DNA of 59,251 nucleotides, filler included, from Sphacelaria rigidula (lineage: Eukaryota), in NCBI GenBank assembly GCA_964200075.2. It is 8 parts of 8 records of this genome, joined end to end, with 100 filler letters (N's around TTAATTAATTAA, not from the genome) between each part and the next. Parts side by side here need not be neighbours in the genome. Positions count along the whole stretch, not along the records: positions 29,679 to 36,997 come from CAXNAA020015467.1; positions 37,098 to 44,415 come from CAXNAA020015468.1; positions 44,516 to 51,833 come from CAXNAA020015469.1; 5 more parts are not named here. The stretch is one strand, 5' to 3'. Under the pieces are notes generated by a model. That model searched no databases and had not been told where the DNA came from. It saw nothing but the letters and a program-made list of their open reading frames with translations. Each line of letters starts with the position of its first letter. The stretch's first letter is position 1. Shown piece after piece: positions 35,292 to 47,507 of the stretch. Both the position numbers and the translations under genes were made by a program.

Positions 35292-36320
35292 TTGGACCAG
35301 TTTCTGTGGCAGGCAATCCCGAATCTGGCGGGACCCGAATCTGTGCCAACTCGGGGGGACCCAGATTTGTGAAACTAAAATTCGTGTGTACCCCTGTTGG
35401 CTTTACAGATTTGTTGAAATTGTTCTGAACACGAACGATCATTTTCTGGGCGGGTGTGGTATCACAGTGAAGACGAAAAACAGGTAAGGCAGGAAGTCTT
35501 CCTTGAAGAGCAGCGTCGTACCGTGGTACCCTAGGGTATGATGCAGTGCAGTACACTGCATAATCACAGTATACGATAGTGCCGTGTGGTAACACATGAT
35601 GGTACAGTCGGTATTGCTAGAACAGTGTACAGTGTGCGACAAGAGTTCACGAATGCAGTGTCATTCATCACCCTGCAACAACCGCGACAGCAGAGTGTAG
35701 GATAGTACACTACCGTTCGTTACGATGATACATACCGCAGCACAGTGCAGCATGAAATTTTCCTACCACCGCAGGGTGCGGCGTCAACACTTCTTATCCA
35801 CTTGTCGACCCCCATGCGGAGCTGCTCCAGCAGCCGGCGTTCGCAGGCACTGTCTGTGCTGTCACGAGACTGTCTGCTGCTTTTGTTGCAAAAATACCAA
35901 ACGCCTGTTGCCCCATCACTGTACGTCAACACACGTCCGTCAGTTTCTACAGATTCGGGGGACCTCGATTTTCCACGGATCTGCGCTCAGATTTATGTAA
36001 AACCGTTCTCAAATCGCGACAAACAAATCTGAGCTCCCCCGATTTGGGCCAAATTGGGGTCCATACAATGCGTTTCCGAATCTGAGGTTCCCTGATCTGC
36101 GTACAGATCCGTTTTTTCGACTGCCACACAAAGTGGTCTTAGGCCAACTCTTATGGGAGCGTTTGAAATTTTTATTTTGCAACAATTTCAGAGGATTTTT
36201 CTTTTCTTTTTTTTTGCCATCATGGTGAACGGGCACAAAATACACGACTACGGCAAAGAAAAAAAAAGTCATTCAAAATAACCTTTTGAACGGCTTCCAT
36301 GAGAGTTGGCCTTGGGCCAA

Positions 36321-36780
36321 CTCTAATGGAAGCCGTTCAAAATCCCTATCGAAAACTGTCTTTTTGATCCTTCTCCGTCGATTTACGCCCGAAAAGAGGG
36401 CTGGGCGAATGTTGACGCCTTGGAATGACTTGCTCTACTCGTTGAGACCGCTCTAGGGCAACTTTGCATTTCCCGCCGGTCGCACTTTGTGTTTGACCAA
36501 ATCAGGCCAAACACTGATTTTCAGTAAAAAAACGGTCAGGTGATCAAAATTTTCCCCTGCTTTTTCATTGATTGATCATTTTTTATTGAAAATTCGTGTT
36601 TGGCCAAAAATAAAAGTCTGGCCAGCGGAAAATGAAAAGTTGCCCTGAAACGGTCTCAATGAGCACAGCAAGTCATTCGAAGGCGTCAACATCCGCCTAG
36701 CCCTATTTTCAGGCGTGAAACGACGGAGAAGGGCAAAAAAGGAAATTTTGAACAGAAATTTGAAACGGCTCCCACTAGAG
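36321..36780. repeat. Long imperfect inverted repeat (foldback/MITE), arms of about 185 bp
   Basis: 36321-36505 is the reverse complement of 36596-36780, e.g. GTTGACGCCTT.GAATGACTTGCT vs AGCAAGTCATTC.AAGGCGTCAAC. A related smaller inverted pair lies at about 36138-36311. Confidence 0.88.
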
Positions 36781-37266
36781 CGAGGGGTCCTATATCGGGA
36801 AATCCATGCACCACCGCTACCCGCGGTCGAGAATGAGTAAAATGCCAAATCAATTCAGGAAAAACCTTCTTTCTATTCCTCCACCACTATACGGAATTGA
36901 ACGATCATTCAGATATCTCCGGGTTCGCCTCAACGTGAGCAGCCCAAAACCGAGGAGATTTGATGTGTCAGTTGTTCTTGTGGCGATCGGGGGGCAANNN
37001 NNNNNNNNNNNNNNNNNNNNNNNNNNNNNNNNNNNNNNNNNTTAATTAATTAANNNNNNNNNNNNNNNNNNNNNNNNNNNNNNNNNNNNNNNNNNNNAAT
37101 TTCGAGCAATAAATGGCCCAAAATACCTCCCCCCCCCCTATCGTAGGATGACTCCGAGAAAGAAGTCCGCCCACAAAAATCCACCAGAACAACTACTCAG
37201 GGAAGGGTCACCGCGAAGACCCTCCAGCATCCAACCGCGGCCGTCACGCCATCAGCTTCCATCTCG

Positions 37267-38961
37267 GTGGCGACAGCGGCAGAGTTCAGAGGCGCAGCAC
37301 AACCAGTAGTACCTGCGCCGGCCGACACAACCCTGCCCGCTCAACCTCCGTATAGCCACGAGGGGGAAAGCGACAGCGACAACTCTGATGACTCTGAGCG
37401 GAGCACCGATATCCGTCAGGTGTCCACCGGTAGGTTTGATGCGCTTCGCGCCCGCACCAAACTATCCTCATCCTCTACACCAACCCCTACGCCACAACCC
37501 ACCATCAAAGAAAAGGCAGCAGAGCTCGCATATAGGACGTTGGAGAGGAGCGACGAGGAGGGTACGGAGCCAGCTCCGTGGGTGATGCCAGCTTTGGGGT
37601 TTTCGGTACCGCAAGAGCAGGGAGTTTCACAGGTATCGAAATCGAGCAACCCAGTAGCATCGGAGATAGAACATCTAAGTAACAGTACGATGCTACAAAA
37701 TAATACGAGTAAAACCCAGGATAGTGTCAACGATCCAGTCGATAATTTCGAGGTCGAACTGCCTAACACTACGCCGATCCAATCCACGGAGAGCTCAGGG
37801 ACTTTGACGTTAGATCCACCAACAAGCCTCACCAACGTACAAGAAAACAGCCACAACGTAAAGCCTCTGTCTAATTCAGTGCTGACTCCGCCATCTACAA
37901 GCCATAGTAGCACCATGAGAACTCAAAAGTTTTCGATGAAACGATCGGATCTCCTATCAACGTTAATCCTAGAAGGAAAACGGAGTGAGGACGTGCCAGC
38001 AATTCTTGATGCGTTTCTCAACCGAGTTAGGATTCCTGCCCCTAACGATTGCACAAAATCCACAGTACAACGGCACGCCATAAAACACTTACCACTTATC
38101 CTCAGAGGGTCAGCACAAAAGTTATACACCCCTCTCGGAAGCGGAAAAGTAGAGTGGCGCCCACTAGCTATACTGCAAGATCTCAAATCAAAAGGAGAAG
38201 ATATCGCGCCCATCGCCCCGAAAACGTGGGCAGAATGGGTAGCGGCCTACACCCATCGCTTCTCTCCACCAAACCAACTAGCACTGTTAGCCCATGCGAT
38301 AGCCGATCTGAAACAGAAAGAAGATCAGAACGTAGACGACTATGCACTGGAGTGTACGACTTCGATGGACAGATTCGTGACCGAGGCCTTGCGGGTGAAA
38401 TTCCCTGGCCACGACACGCTTCGCTTCATAATAAACGTGATCACAACAGCAGCATTTGAGACCGGGCTCAAACCCCATATCAGAGTTGAAATGGTGAGAG
38501 AAGATAGTACGCGCGACTTCCAAACTGCGACAGCATGAGCGAAAAAACACGAACAAAACAATATCCGGACATGGCCAAATCAAACTGGAGACACTCCCCA
38601 TGTCTCGGCCGCAACCGTAAATTCCCCACGTCCACAGCTAGCGGAAATGATAGCCGATCATGGCGCAATCCTTACGGATCTTCAGTCGCATTTAAAAGCG
38701 ATCAAAGGAGAGAAAGGGAGAGCGGAGAAACGGTCTGCTAGCAGAGACAGGAGCGCGAATAGATCAGGGGGAGAGTTAAAAAAAGTACGCTTCACCGACA
38801 GTAACCATAAGAGTACATCCAACGACAAGCAGCTGAGCGGTAAAACGAAAAAATCGGTCCGTTGTGAGTACGCACCATGCAGGTACAAGAACACACACAA
38901 GACAGCGGATTGCCGCCTTATGCAGAGCCATGTAGAGTTTTCAAAAAAGTACAACCCATGA
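37267..38961 (+). pseudogene. Gypsy gag (capsid plus CCHC-like knuckle), frameshifted
   Basis: TWAEWVAAYTHRFSP, LKQKEDQNVDDY, FETGLKPHIR and knuckle CEYAPCRYKNTHKTADC, split between ORFs 37267-38538 and 38647-38961. Confidence 0.85.
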
Positions 38962-39072
38962 AGACGCCCAAGAGAGGACCCCTCGTCTGATCAGGGCAGA
39001 AACGGTAAATCCTCACGTAGAAAATCGAGGGAAACAGAAGGACGCGAAATCGTCAACCCTCTGGCTCGTAAG

Positions 39073-42000
39073 ATGGGAGAGTTTCATTTTTCTGACAGTA
39101 CGGCAGACCAACCACGGAGAACGCGTAAGAGGTCTCGGGTAGAGATCAACCATGTACGACATGAGCACGAGCAGGAGTATAGCAGCAGAGAGCAGAGTAC
39201 AAATAGCGAATGCGTAGAACAGACGCAACGTATATTTTTAGCTCCGCAGGCGGCTTTTGTGAGTTACTCATTGCAGAAAAATAAAAAATCGAAACACCAA
39301 TCTTCGTTTTCAAACCCGATCCTAAATGATCACTATTATGACTCTTACAACGCATCTTCGCTTGCCAGATATACAGTTACATCTTCAGCACTGTCCTGTG
39401 CGTCAGCCCGTGTGAGAGTAAACGGCACCCCCGCTGAAAAAATCACAGTTGATTCCGCAGCAGACGTGCCCTGTATCAGCAAAAAGTTCATCGATGAACA
39501 CCCGGCCATAATGACAGCTGATATAAAGCCCGGACCGCCAGGATCGATAGACCTCAGAAGTGCGGACGGCTCCCCCATGAAATTTCTAGGTTTCATACGT
39601 TTCGAACTTACTTTAGGGACAAAAACCCTACCAGTGGAAGCATTCGTGTTACCTAACCTAGGACCGGATTGCCTGATACTGGACAATTCCGTTATGAGTG
39701 CTTCCCAAGCTGTACTCGACTGGCAAGCGGAAGAGCTAACATTCCGTGACTCCAGTATAAAAATCAAAGCATCGCATCGAAAACAACAGCGTTCACAAAA
39801 TACAACACACCCCGAAACGACACATTGTTCTGTAGTCAGTGTGAACTGTTAAGACGCTGTTCCAGTTTTTCTCACGAAGAAATGCAATGTGCACCCGCAG
39901 AGTGAGATGGCAGTATTAGTTGAAACGGAAAATACCCCGTCAAGAACAACAACAGCCGTCGTAGAGCCACGCATTATAACCGAAGACATTCGATCAACCC
40001 ATGTACCCCAAGCGTTCACGCGCATCATCGTTGCAAGGACGGTGTGCACATGGTCGGCAACAAATAAGACGGCAATGGTACAAATCGCCAATCCGTCGGA
40101 TCGACATGTAAACCTGAAACATAATACGGTTTTAGGCTATATCACCCCAGTACGAGAAACAAAACCAGCTATAGTCAGTGCAATGGCGGGAAATAAGGTG
40201 TCAGAGAGAGAAAACTCGAAAGAGGAATTACGTCCTGCTCTACGCAAAGCTTTCGAAAATACGACTTTTCCCCCGGAACAATGCTATCAAATACTGGATC
40301 TTTGCGCAAAATACCGTTCTGTGTTTTCAGTTAATCCGCAGGAGTTGGGCTATTGTACGTTACACGATTTCCGCTCAAACCTGGGACTCAGCCGGTAGAC
40401 CGAGCACCATATAGAGCAAACCCCAGAGTGCAAGACGCAATCGACAAATGCGTCGACCAAATGGAAAAATATGGTAAAGTCGAACAACGCCCAAGCCCGT
40501 GGGGATCAGCGGTTACAATAGTCGTAAAAGTAGACGGGACAGCACGATTTTGCGTAGATTGTCGAGCAACGATAAATAAACACTTGATTCGCAAATCATG
40601 GCCCATGCCAGCTATCGAAAGTCACATAGACGCAGTAGCAGGGGCGAAATTCATAACAGTTTGCGATGTACAAAGTGCGTTCCACCAGATACCAGTGGCG
40701 GAAAGCGAAAATGAGAAAAAAGCGTTCGTAACTCAAAGAGGAAAATGGGTATTCAACCGGTTTCCATTTGGTTTAGCATGTTCACCCTTTATCTTCTCAC
40801 GCATAATGACACTAGCATTTGCACACTTCGGACCCAAGAGTGGCTTACTAGTGTATATGGATGACATAATTTGTTGATCAAGTTGGGAGAGTAATCTCAC
40901 CCTACTAGAAAGCACGTTCAAAGCACTGCAAACAGCAGACCTTACACTCAAACCGACAAAAATCTAATTTGGTCCAAATCAGGTCAAATACTTGGGCCAT
41001 GTATTGTGCGCAGATGGCATCAGAGTGAATGATGAAAGAATAAAAGCTATCCTCGATTTGCCGAAATCCACCGATATCAAAGAGTTGAGATCAGTACTCG
41101 GTACAAAAAATTTCGTACGGAAATTCATACCAGACTTGCTGCAACCATAGCACCACTGGTAGATCTCACAAAAAAAGTCAGCGGCAAAACAAGTGTCGAA
41201 ACTCTGGAATACTGAAGATGATGAAGCCTTCGAGAAAATTAAAAAAATGATGACTGAGGCACCCGTCCTTCATTTGCCAGATTTCACGAAAGACCTCATC
41301 ATAAACGTTGATACTTCAGACCGTGGGGCCGGGGCCTACGTTTCCCGAAGAAAAGGCGAAGACGAGGTAATCGTAGCATACTTCAGTCAACGTTTCAACG
41401 ACGCCGAGGCCCGCTATTCGCCCATCATGTAAGAATGTTACGCGGTCGTACTAGCGATCCAACATTTCAGAGTCTTTCTCTGGGGACGTCACGTTACATG
41501 TGTAACAGACCATGCCGCTCTTCGATATTTGTATGCGATGCAGGATACACGTAATATGTTGACCCGATGGGCGATTGCATTGCAATCGTATGATTTCACG
41601 GTCAAACATAAACCGGGGAAACTTGATGTTATACCGGACACCCTCTCACGGCTGTTTGCGTTTGAAAAGCGACAGGAAGCAGAAATAAAGCCGTTGCTTG
41701 CGCCGATATGCCGTAACGTCCCAGAAAACCCTGAGTTACAAATAGCTAAGCCACAACATCAGATCCAGATTTCAGCTGAAAAGCTCGAAAATTTGGAGCC
41801 GGTGCAAAGTGATCGACAGTTGTTCACCGTGAAATCAGTACACGTGAGCGCAGCGAAGGTCTTCACGTCAATCAACGGCGAAAAATTGCGAGAAGAGCAA
41901 GCACTAGAGTACGGTCCCTACATCGAATATATCACGGAAAAAGATGCTCCGACACCAGAAAAAGAATCGCTCACATCGATGTCACATTACTCAGTACGTG

Positions 42001-43583
42001 ACGGGGTTTTATTCAAATCTTACTTGCCGGGACACTTGAAAAAACGAAGCACAATTTGTGGCCAACTTGTGCTATCTAAGACCCTAATAGGCTTCGTGCT
42101 ACATGCGTACCACGACCATGCACTATCAGGAGGCCACTTAGGATTCAAGCGAACATACGACAAAATCCGACGGAAGTATTATTGGCCATCAATGAACCGC
42201 GATATCAAAGATTGGTGCTTAAAATGTCAAAGTTGACAACGCCGAATGACGCCCCGCCGACAAAAATTGCCAATGGGACACGTTCCGGTAGAAAGGCCAT
42301 ATGAACGAGTGTCGGTTGACCTGGTTGAATACAAAACGGCTTCAATGTCCAACGCCGGAGTACTGTGTACATACGTACTGACAGTAATGGACCACCTCAC
42401 ACGGTATGCTTTGCTAATTCCAGTCCCAAATAAACAAGCCACGGCGATAGCCAAAACCCTTATCGACAGAGTTTTTACAACCTTTGGCATCCCAATGAAG
42501 CTCCACAGCGACCAGGGAGCCGAGTTTGAGAACAAGTTAATATACGCACTGCAACAAGAGTTAGGTTTCGATAAAACACGTACGACCCCTCTACGTCCGC
42601 AAGGCAACTCAGTGTCGGAACGCGTCCACTCCACTATGCACATGATGTTAGCGATGCATGTGTCAATCGGGAACAAAAACTGGGCATCCATGCTTCCATT
42701 CGTCCAAATGGCGTACAACACCTCTTATCATAACACAGTACAAAAGACACCGTATTTTCTGTTGTTCGGAAGGCAGCCCAGGTTGCCAGTTGACATGATT
42801 CTCGGCATACCAGAAGAGAGCCAAGCGGCGACACCCGAAGAATTTTCCAAGGAAACACGGGAAAACCTACAATTTGGATTAGAAATCGCGAGACATGCCT
42901 TACGAGAAAGGGCGAACGAGCAAGAAAACAAAAACATACTGAAATATTTCCCAGTGTTCAGACCAGGGCAAAAAGTACTTTTGTATCGACCATATCAAGA
43001 CTCAGAATGGCCAAATCCCAAACTCCAGTTACCATGGAGAGGTCCATTCACGATAACCGAGAGACGATCGCCTGTTGTAAACAGAATCAAAATAGGCGAC
43101 GGCTCTAAGGAAACATCAGTACATCTCGCTCATTTGAAGAAATATCACCCGCGAGAAACCGCACCAGCACCAGACTTTGACAAGTTGAGCGAGCTGTTCT
43201 TAGGTAGACAGATACCTCTACCAGAGGTAGACAAACCAGACGGAACATTGCCCACAATAGAACGCTACACCGTCGAAAAAGTGGTAGGTCACGCGCCAGG
43301 CCCAGATCGGAGGAGTAGCCATAACTATAAATATCGGTTGAGACTCAAAGGTTACGACCCAGCGGCTGACCTGAACTACCGTGCGGATGAAATACCGCAA
43401 TGCAGACATTTCATTGATAAAAACCGTTATGACAATAGGTTAGCCGAACGCTCACATCCAGACTCGAAACCCAAGACTACAGGGAAACGGAAACGGATGT
43501 TACTGTTCAACAGACTGCGAGCGCCTTGGCAACACGCTCAAGGGTTGAGCAGTAGCCTGGGGTCAGAATTCGGAAATAAATGA
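39073..43583 (+). pseudogene. Gypsy pol (PR, RT, RH, IN, chromodomain), disrupted
   Basis: Protease VDSAADVPCI; RT SPWGSA, RFCVD, AFHQI, FPFGL and YMDD (40854-40865); RNase H VDTSDRGAGA and DTLSR; integrase HDHALSGGHLG, CLKC, VSVDL, HSDQGAEF, SERVH and PWRGPF; chromodomain YTVEKVVGH...YRLRLKGY. Several stops and frameshifts. Confidence 0.95.
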
Positions 43584-45326
43584 GAGTCAACAACGTTGGA
43601 ACAATACGGACATGAACAGAACGAGACCTGACATGTCAGCGGTGACGGAGGTGAAACTTCCCAAGGAAGATCACCTCTCAGCAATGGGGGTAGTTGCCGA
43701 CAGGAAGTAAGGCTCATTTTTGCGATGTTTAGACAAAAGCACAATGCTCACAGACCGAAAACATCGTATCCACCGCTTTGTTACTAACGCAAGGACGTGG
43801 TCCCACGTAGGTGTCAGAGGAACCGAAGGCGTCCCAGTACCCGGGCGTGAATAACCCAGGCGCCCGTGGATCGATCAGTGTCCTAGTGCCCAGTCATGTA
43901 CACCAGCAGACGCAACCAGCACCTAAGTGCAAATACATCTGATGGAAACATGTCACATATGACGACTACATGCCAGAAAACCAAAATAACAAGGGTTTGC
44001 AATACATGCACTATTACAGACCACAGGTAGCTAAAATTTACTGGAGGTGTTTGCTCAATACCACAGTATAGTAGTAGTCGGCATCAGAAACGTTTTCGGA
44101 ATTCGTAGTCCTATTTTTCTAGTTTTTCTGGAGCACTATTCTTCACTACTACTTGGAAGTACTAGCGCCGGTAGAGTTAGAGAGAAAGCGTAGACCGCGC
44201 TCAAACTACAGTGCTCAAGTTGGTGTTTTTGGGTCGATACGGACTTGATACCCCGTTCATCAGGAGGGTGTTATTGACCGTTTTTGGTCCGATACAAGCA
44301 GTTTTCTCACTCTTCAGCGATGAAACCGTAAATATTCAGAAAAATGAATACGTATAAAATTCTTCACAGTAACGATCGAGATCGTGTTTCCCTCCTATAC
44401 TGCACAGACCTCAGTNNNNNNNNNNNNNNNNNNNNNNNNNNNNNNNNNNNNNNNNNNNNTTAATTAATTAANNNNNNNNNNNNNNNNNNNNNNNNNNNNN
44501 NNNNNNNNNNNNNNNCCCCCCCCCCCACACACACCCACACACACACACACAAATTCTAGCACGAATCCGGGCAATGGACCTCTAGCATTGACATTGGCCC
44601 GAACAGTCATCTCTCGGGGCGAGTGCGGAGGAACTTGGACACTAAAATCAGCATTACATCTCGTGGACGCCTCATTACAAACTATGCTTGACGCTCGTGA
44701 GTTCGAAATATTCTATGTATGTACTACATTGTCGCTGGCCGCTGGCCGCTGGCCGCGGGGACCTTGCGGTTCATTCGAGCTATCGTTCGTTGAAATCGAC
44801 CCATGAACGCTCGACTTTCGTTCGTTTATGTATCCACTCGTACTAACACTGTTCCCCCGTAATAGTAACAACTACCCTGGAGAGATGGGTTGATCGCCTT
44901 GAGACTACGGACGCGGCTCGGCGAAGACGGCAGAGGTTGAGCGTGCGACAAAGAAAAAAAAAAGATCGCGTAGGACTCCAACGCATTGTATGACACGAGC
45001 ACCAAGCGGTACAACTTATGTAGAGTTAGTGATGTGGACCATACTGGGGCATGAAACCGCACGTGAGACGTCCATGCAAACCCACATGGTACACCGCTGA
45101 TACCTCTACGTTTTTTTCCAGGCCTTCAATGCTCATGTTGTCCTGCATTATAGGCAGAACATACGGCTGTCGCTGGTTTAGATCAAAAGGCGGTAGCTTG
45201 GCCGATGTAACCCGGCCGGTACCGTGTATACTGTACATGATACATGTTATTCTTCAGCGTGTCAGGCTTTCAATGTAGTTCATCTCTCGTCAACAATTTG
45301 TAGTCAGCGGCAGACCCGTGACACAG

Positions 45327-47507
45327 GAGGCTTGGGCCCTGGAGGTGCGGAGGGCGTGCCATGTTGTTGGTGTCTTCACACGTTTTGGTGCTGCAGTATT
45401 CCTCACGCGTTCGCCAGCGTCGCAATCGACGGCACCCGCTCGTCCCTTTACCCTTCATTTCGTGTTTTGTGTCCTCTTACTGTACAAAGCTACTCTCATT
45501 TGCTAAGCCGTTGCCCGCCTGAATTAGGTGCATCTATTCGTCACATGCGTGTTTTTTTTACTTCAAAAATGACTGCCGGGCGTAGGTATTCATTTGCGAG
45601 CACATACACAGGGTTTGGATTGGGCGCACTCTTCGCTGTTGGGTCGAGACGAGATAACACCCCTGCCTTCGTGTGCGATGAGACCGTTTTTTGTCTGCTG
45701 TAAATGCCATCAGATATCTCCTTGTTCTCGCCAGGCATTTGATGTCGCCCTGCTGGCTCAGTTGGTAGCCTCGAAATCTTTTGACGGTTGGGTTATGAAG
45801 TCGAATCTTGGTGAATTCACACGATCCGGGATTTTTTTTTCTCATACCATGCCCGACAGTGTAGAGCGGCTGTGTCGTGGGCACACAAAATTCGAACTCG
45901 CGGTCGATGAAGGAGAGAGACCGCTGAACCCCTCTCGCGATTAAAAAAAAGGGCAAGCACCGTAGAAGGAAGGTGGAGTACCAATACAAGAGACGAAGAG
46001 AAAAAACTCCCATGTTGACCTTCCTCCTTTGCGAATCCGGCTGATGCGCCCACATAGACCGAAAGTTATAGACTGACGTCAGACATAAATGGGAAGACAA
46101 CACACAACACACTCTTCATGCCTCCCCGTCCCCCCTCCGTCCCCCATTGTTTTCCATGGTGGTTTGTGTGCTACTTGCAGGCGGAGGCGTTACGGAAGCT
46201 GCAGGAGTATAGCGCCAGGAAGAATAGAGACGCCAAGGCCGAAAAGGTGCAAACGTCTCGACGAGCGTTCGCTTTCAATGTTTCCCGTTTCTTGTGTAAC
46301 TCAGTCAGTCAGCCTTCGGTGCATTTTGTCTCTCGTTGGTCTAGGCCATATTGCAAACATTAGTTACTTCGATACCGACGGTGCAAGGCAAGTGTACCGG
46401 TTTGGGGAGAGAGGAGCTGATTGCGCGAGACTCTGTCTTGACTCGTTGTGAGGAGGGTGTACTCATGATCATGCACGCCATAGCCATGAGACCGTTGACC
46501 TCGCATCGTTGTGAGGAGGGGTGGGGAGTTGGGAGTGAGAACAAAGAAGCAATTACGCAGAAGAGAAAATATATATATTGAACGGTCGTCTTCTCGAGAG
46601 AGATATACACCATTCTCAATTTGCCTTCAGCGCAGCAGTATTACGCACAAATATTATGTTCAATCATTTTCTACATTCCTCTTTCTTCCGGTTCGTGAAC
46701 TTTTTTTTCTTAATATTCTCGGGACTCTTTTTGTTGTTGTTGTTGTTGCTCCGGCCCTTTTGCCCTGACAGGAGAAAAATGAAGTCATGGCAAAGTTCAG
46801 AGCCGATCGTGCTGGCCGGCCAGACCCAGAAGCAGAGGACAAGGGAGTTGAAGGTGAGCGGCAGGGTTGTGTTCGTCACAGCGCCGTAGATATTTATGGA
46901 GTTAACTCTTTGGGAACCCCCCCCCCCTCCCTTCCGTACCCAGGCCAGACGCCGCATTATTTCTAGCCCTAACAGAGAAGAAAATATGGAAACAGAAAAT
47001 GCCGACGGCAACCATTTTCACGGCGGGAGGCAGCAGAAGAGTTCACCAGCGTACGTCATGGGCGCACAAAAAACGTCACCCCGGTGCGGTCGGATTGGTT
47101 TTGTACAATGAGGGGACGCAACGGGTCAATTGTGTTCAACTTTGTGCACACAGCCGAAATTCGTACTTGCGTGCCTAAAGTCTGTACACGAAAAAATAAA
47201 TAAATCGGCACCACCTGTCTTTTTTTTTAATACTGAGTCCCGTGCTGCACTCGGGCACATTTTTTTCACCAGTCTGAAAAACACGCCTCGGGCTGATGGT
47301 CTTTGCGTGAAAGCTGTGAAAAATCAACCATATGTCGTTCACAAAATAGCACCTCGAAATCCACGGTTTTCCATCGGCAGTGCCAAAGGTTTGAAAAATC
47401 TACTGTACGCCCCAACGACGTGGTTCACAGACGAGCGACAAGGCGGTGAGAGGGGAAGTCGGGCGATCTCTTGCCAAGCGGCTTACGGGCTTGATGATGC
47501 AAGTTGA
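45327..47507 (+). CDS. 3' exons of an unidentified gene with a charged coiled-coil segment
   Basis: Phase-compatible AG/GT exons 45327-45344, 46181-46246, 46772-46853 and 47431-47507 give EAWALE-AEALRKLQEYSARKNRDAKAEK-EKNEVMAKFRADRAGRPDPEAEDKGVE-DERQGGERGSRAISCQAAYGLDDAS*. Confidence 0.6.
45744..46112 (+). mobile_element. tRNA-derived SINE, full length
   Basis: A-box TGGCTCAGTTGG (45754-45765), B-box-like GTCGAATC (about 45800), shared body and CA-rich tail. Confidence 0.88.

Larger units (their letters stand above)
37148..44415 (+). mobile_element. Ty3/Gypsy LTR retrotransposon with integrase chromodomain, degenerate; 5' LTR missing from the contig
   Basis: Domain order gag - protease - RT - RNase H - integrase - chromodomain. 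Probable 3' LTR from about 44048 (TGT after GGAGG). Confidence 0.95.

Noticed and set aside
45744-45820. tRNA gene
   Set aside because: A/B boxes are present but I could not build a cloverleaf, and the sequence continues into a repeated SINE body.
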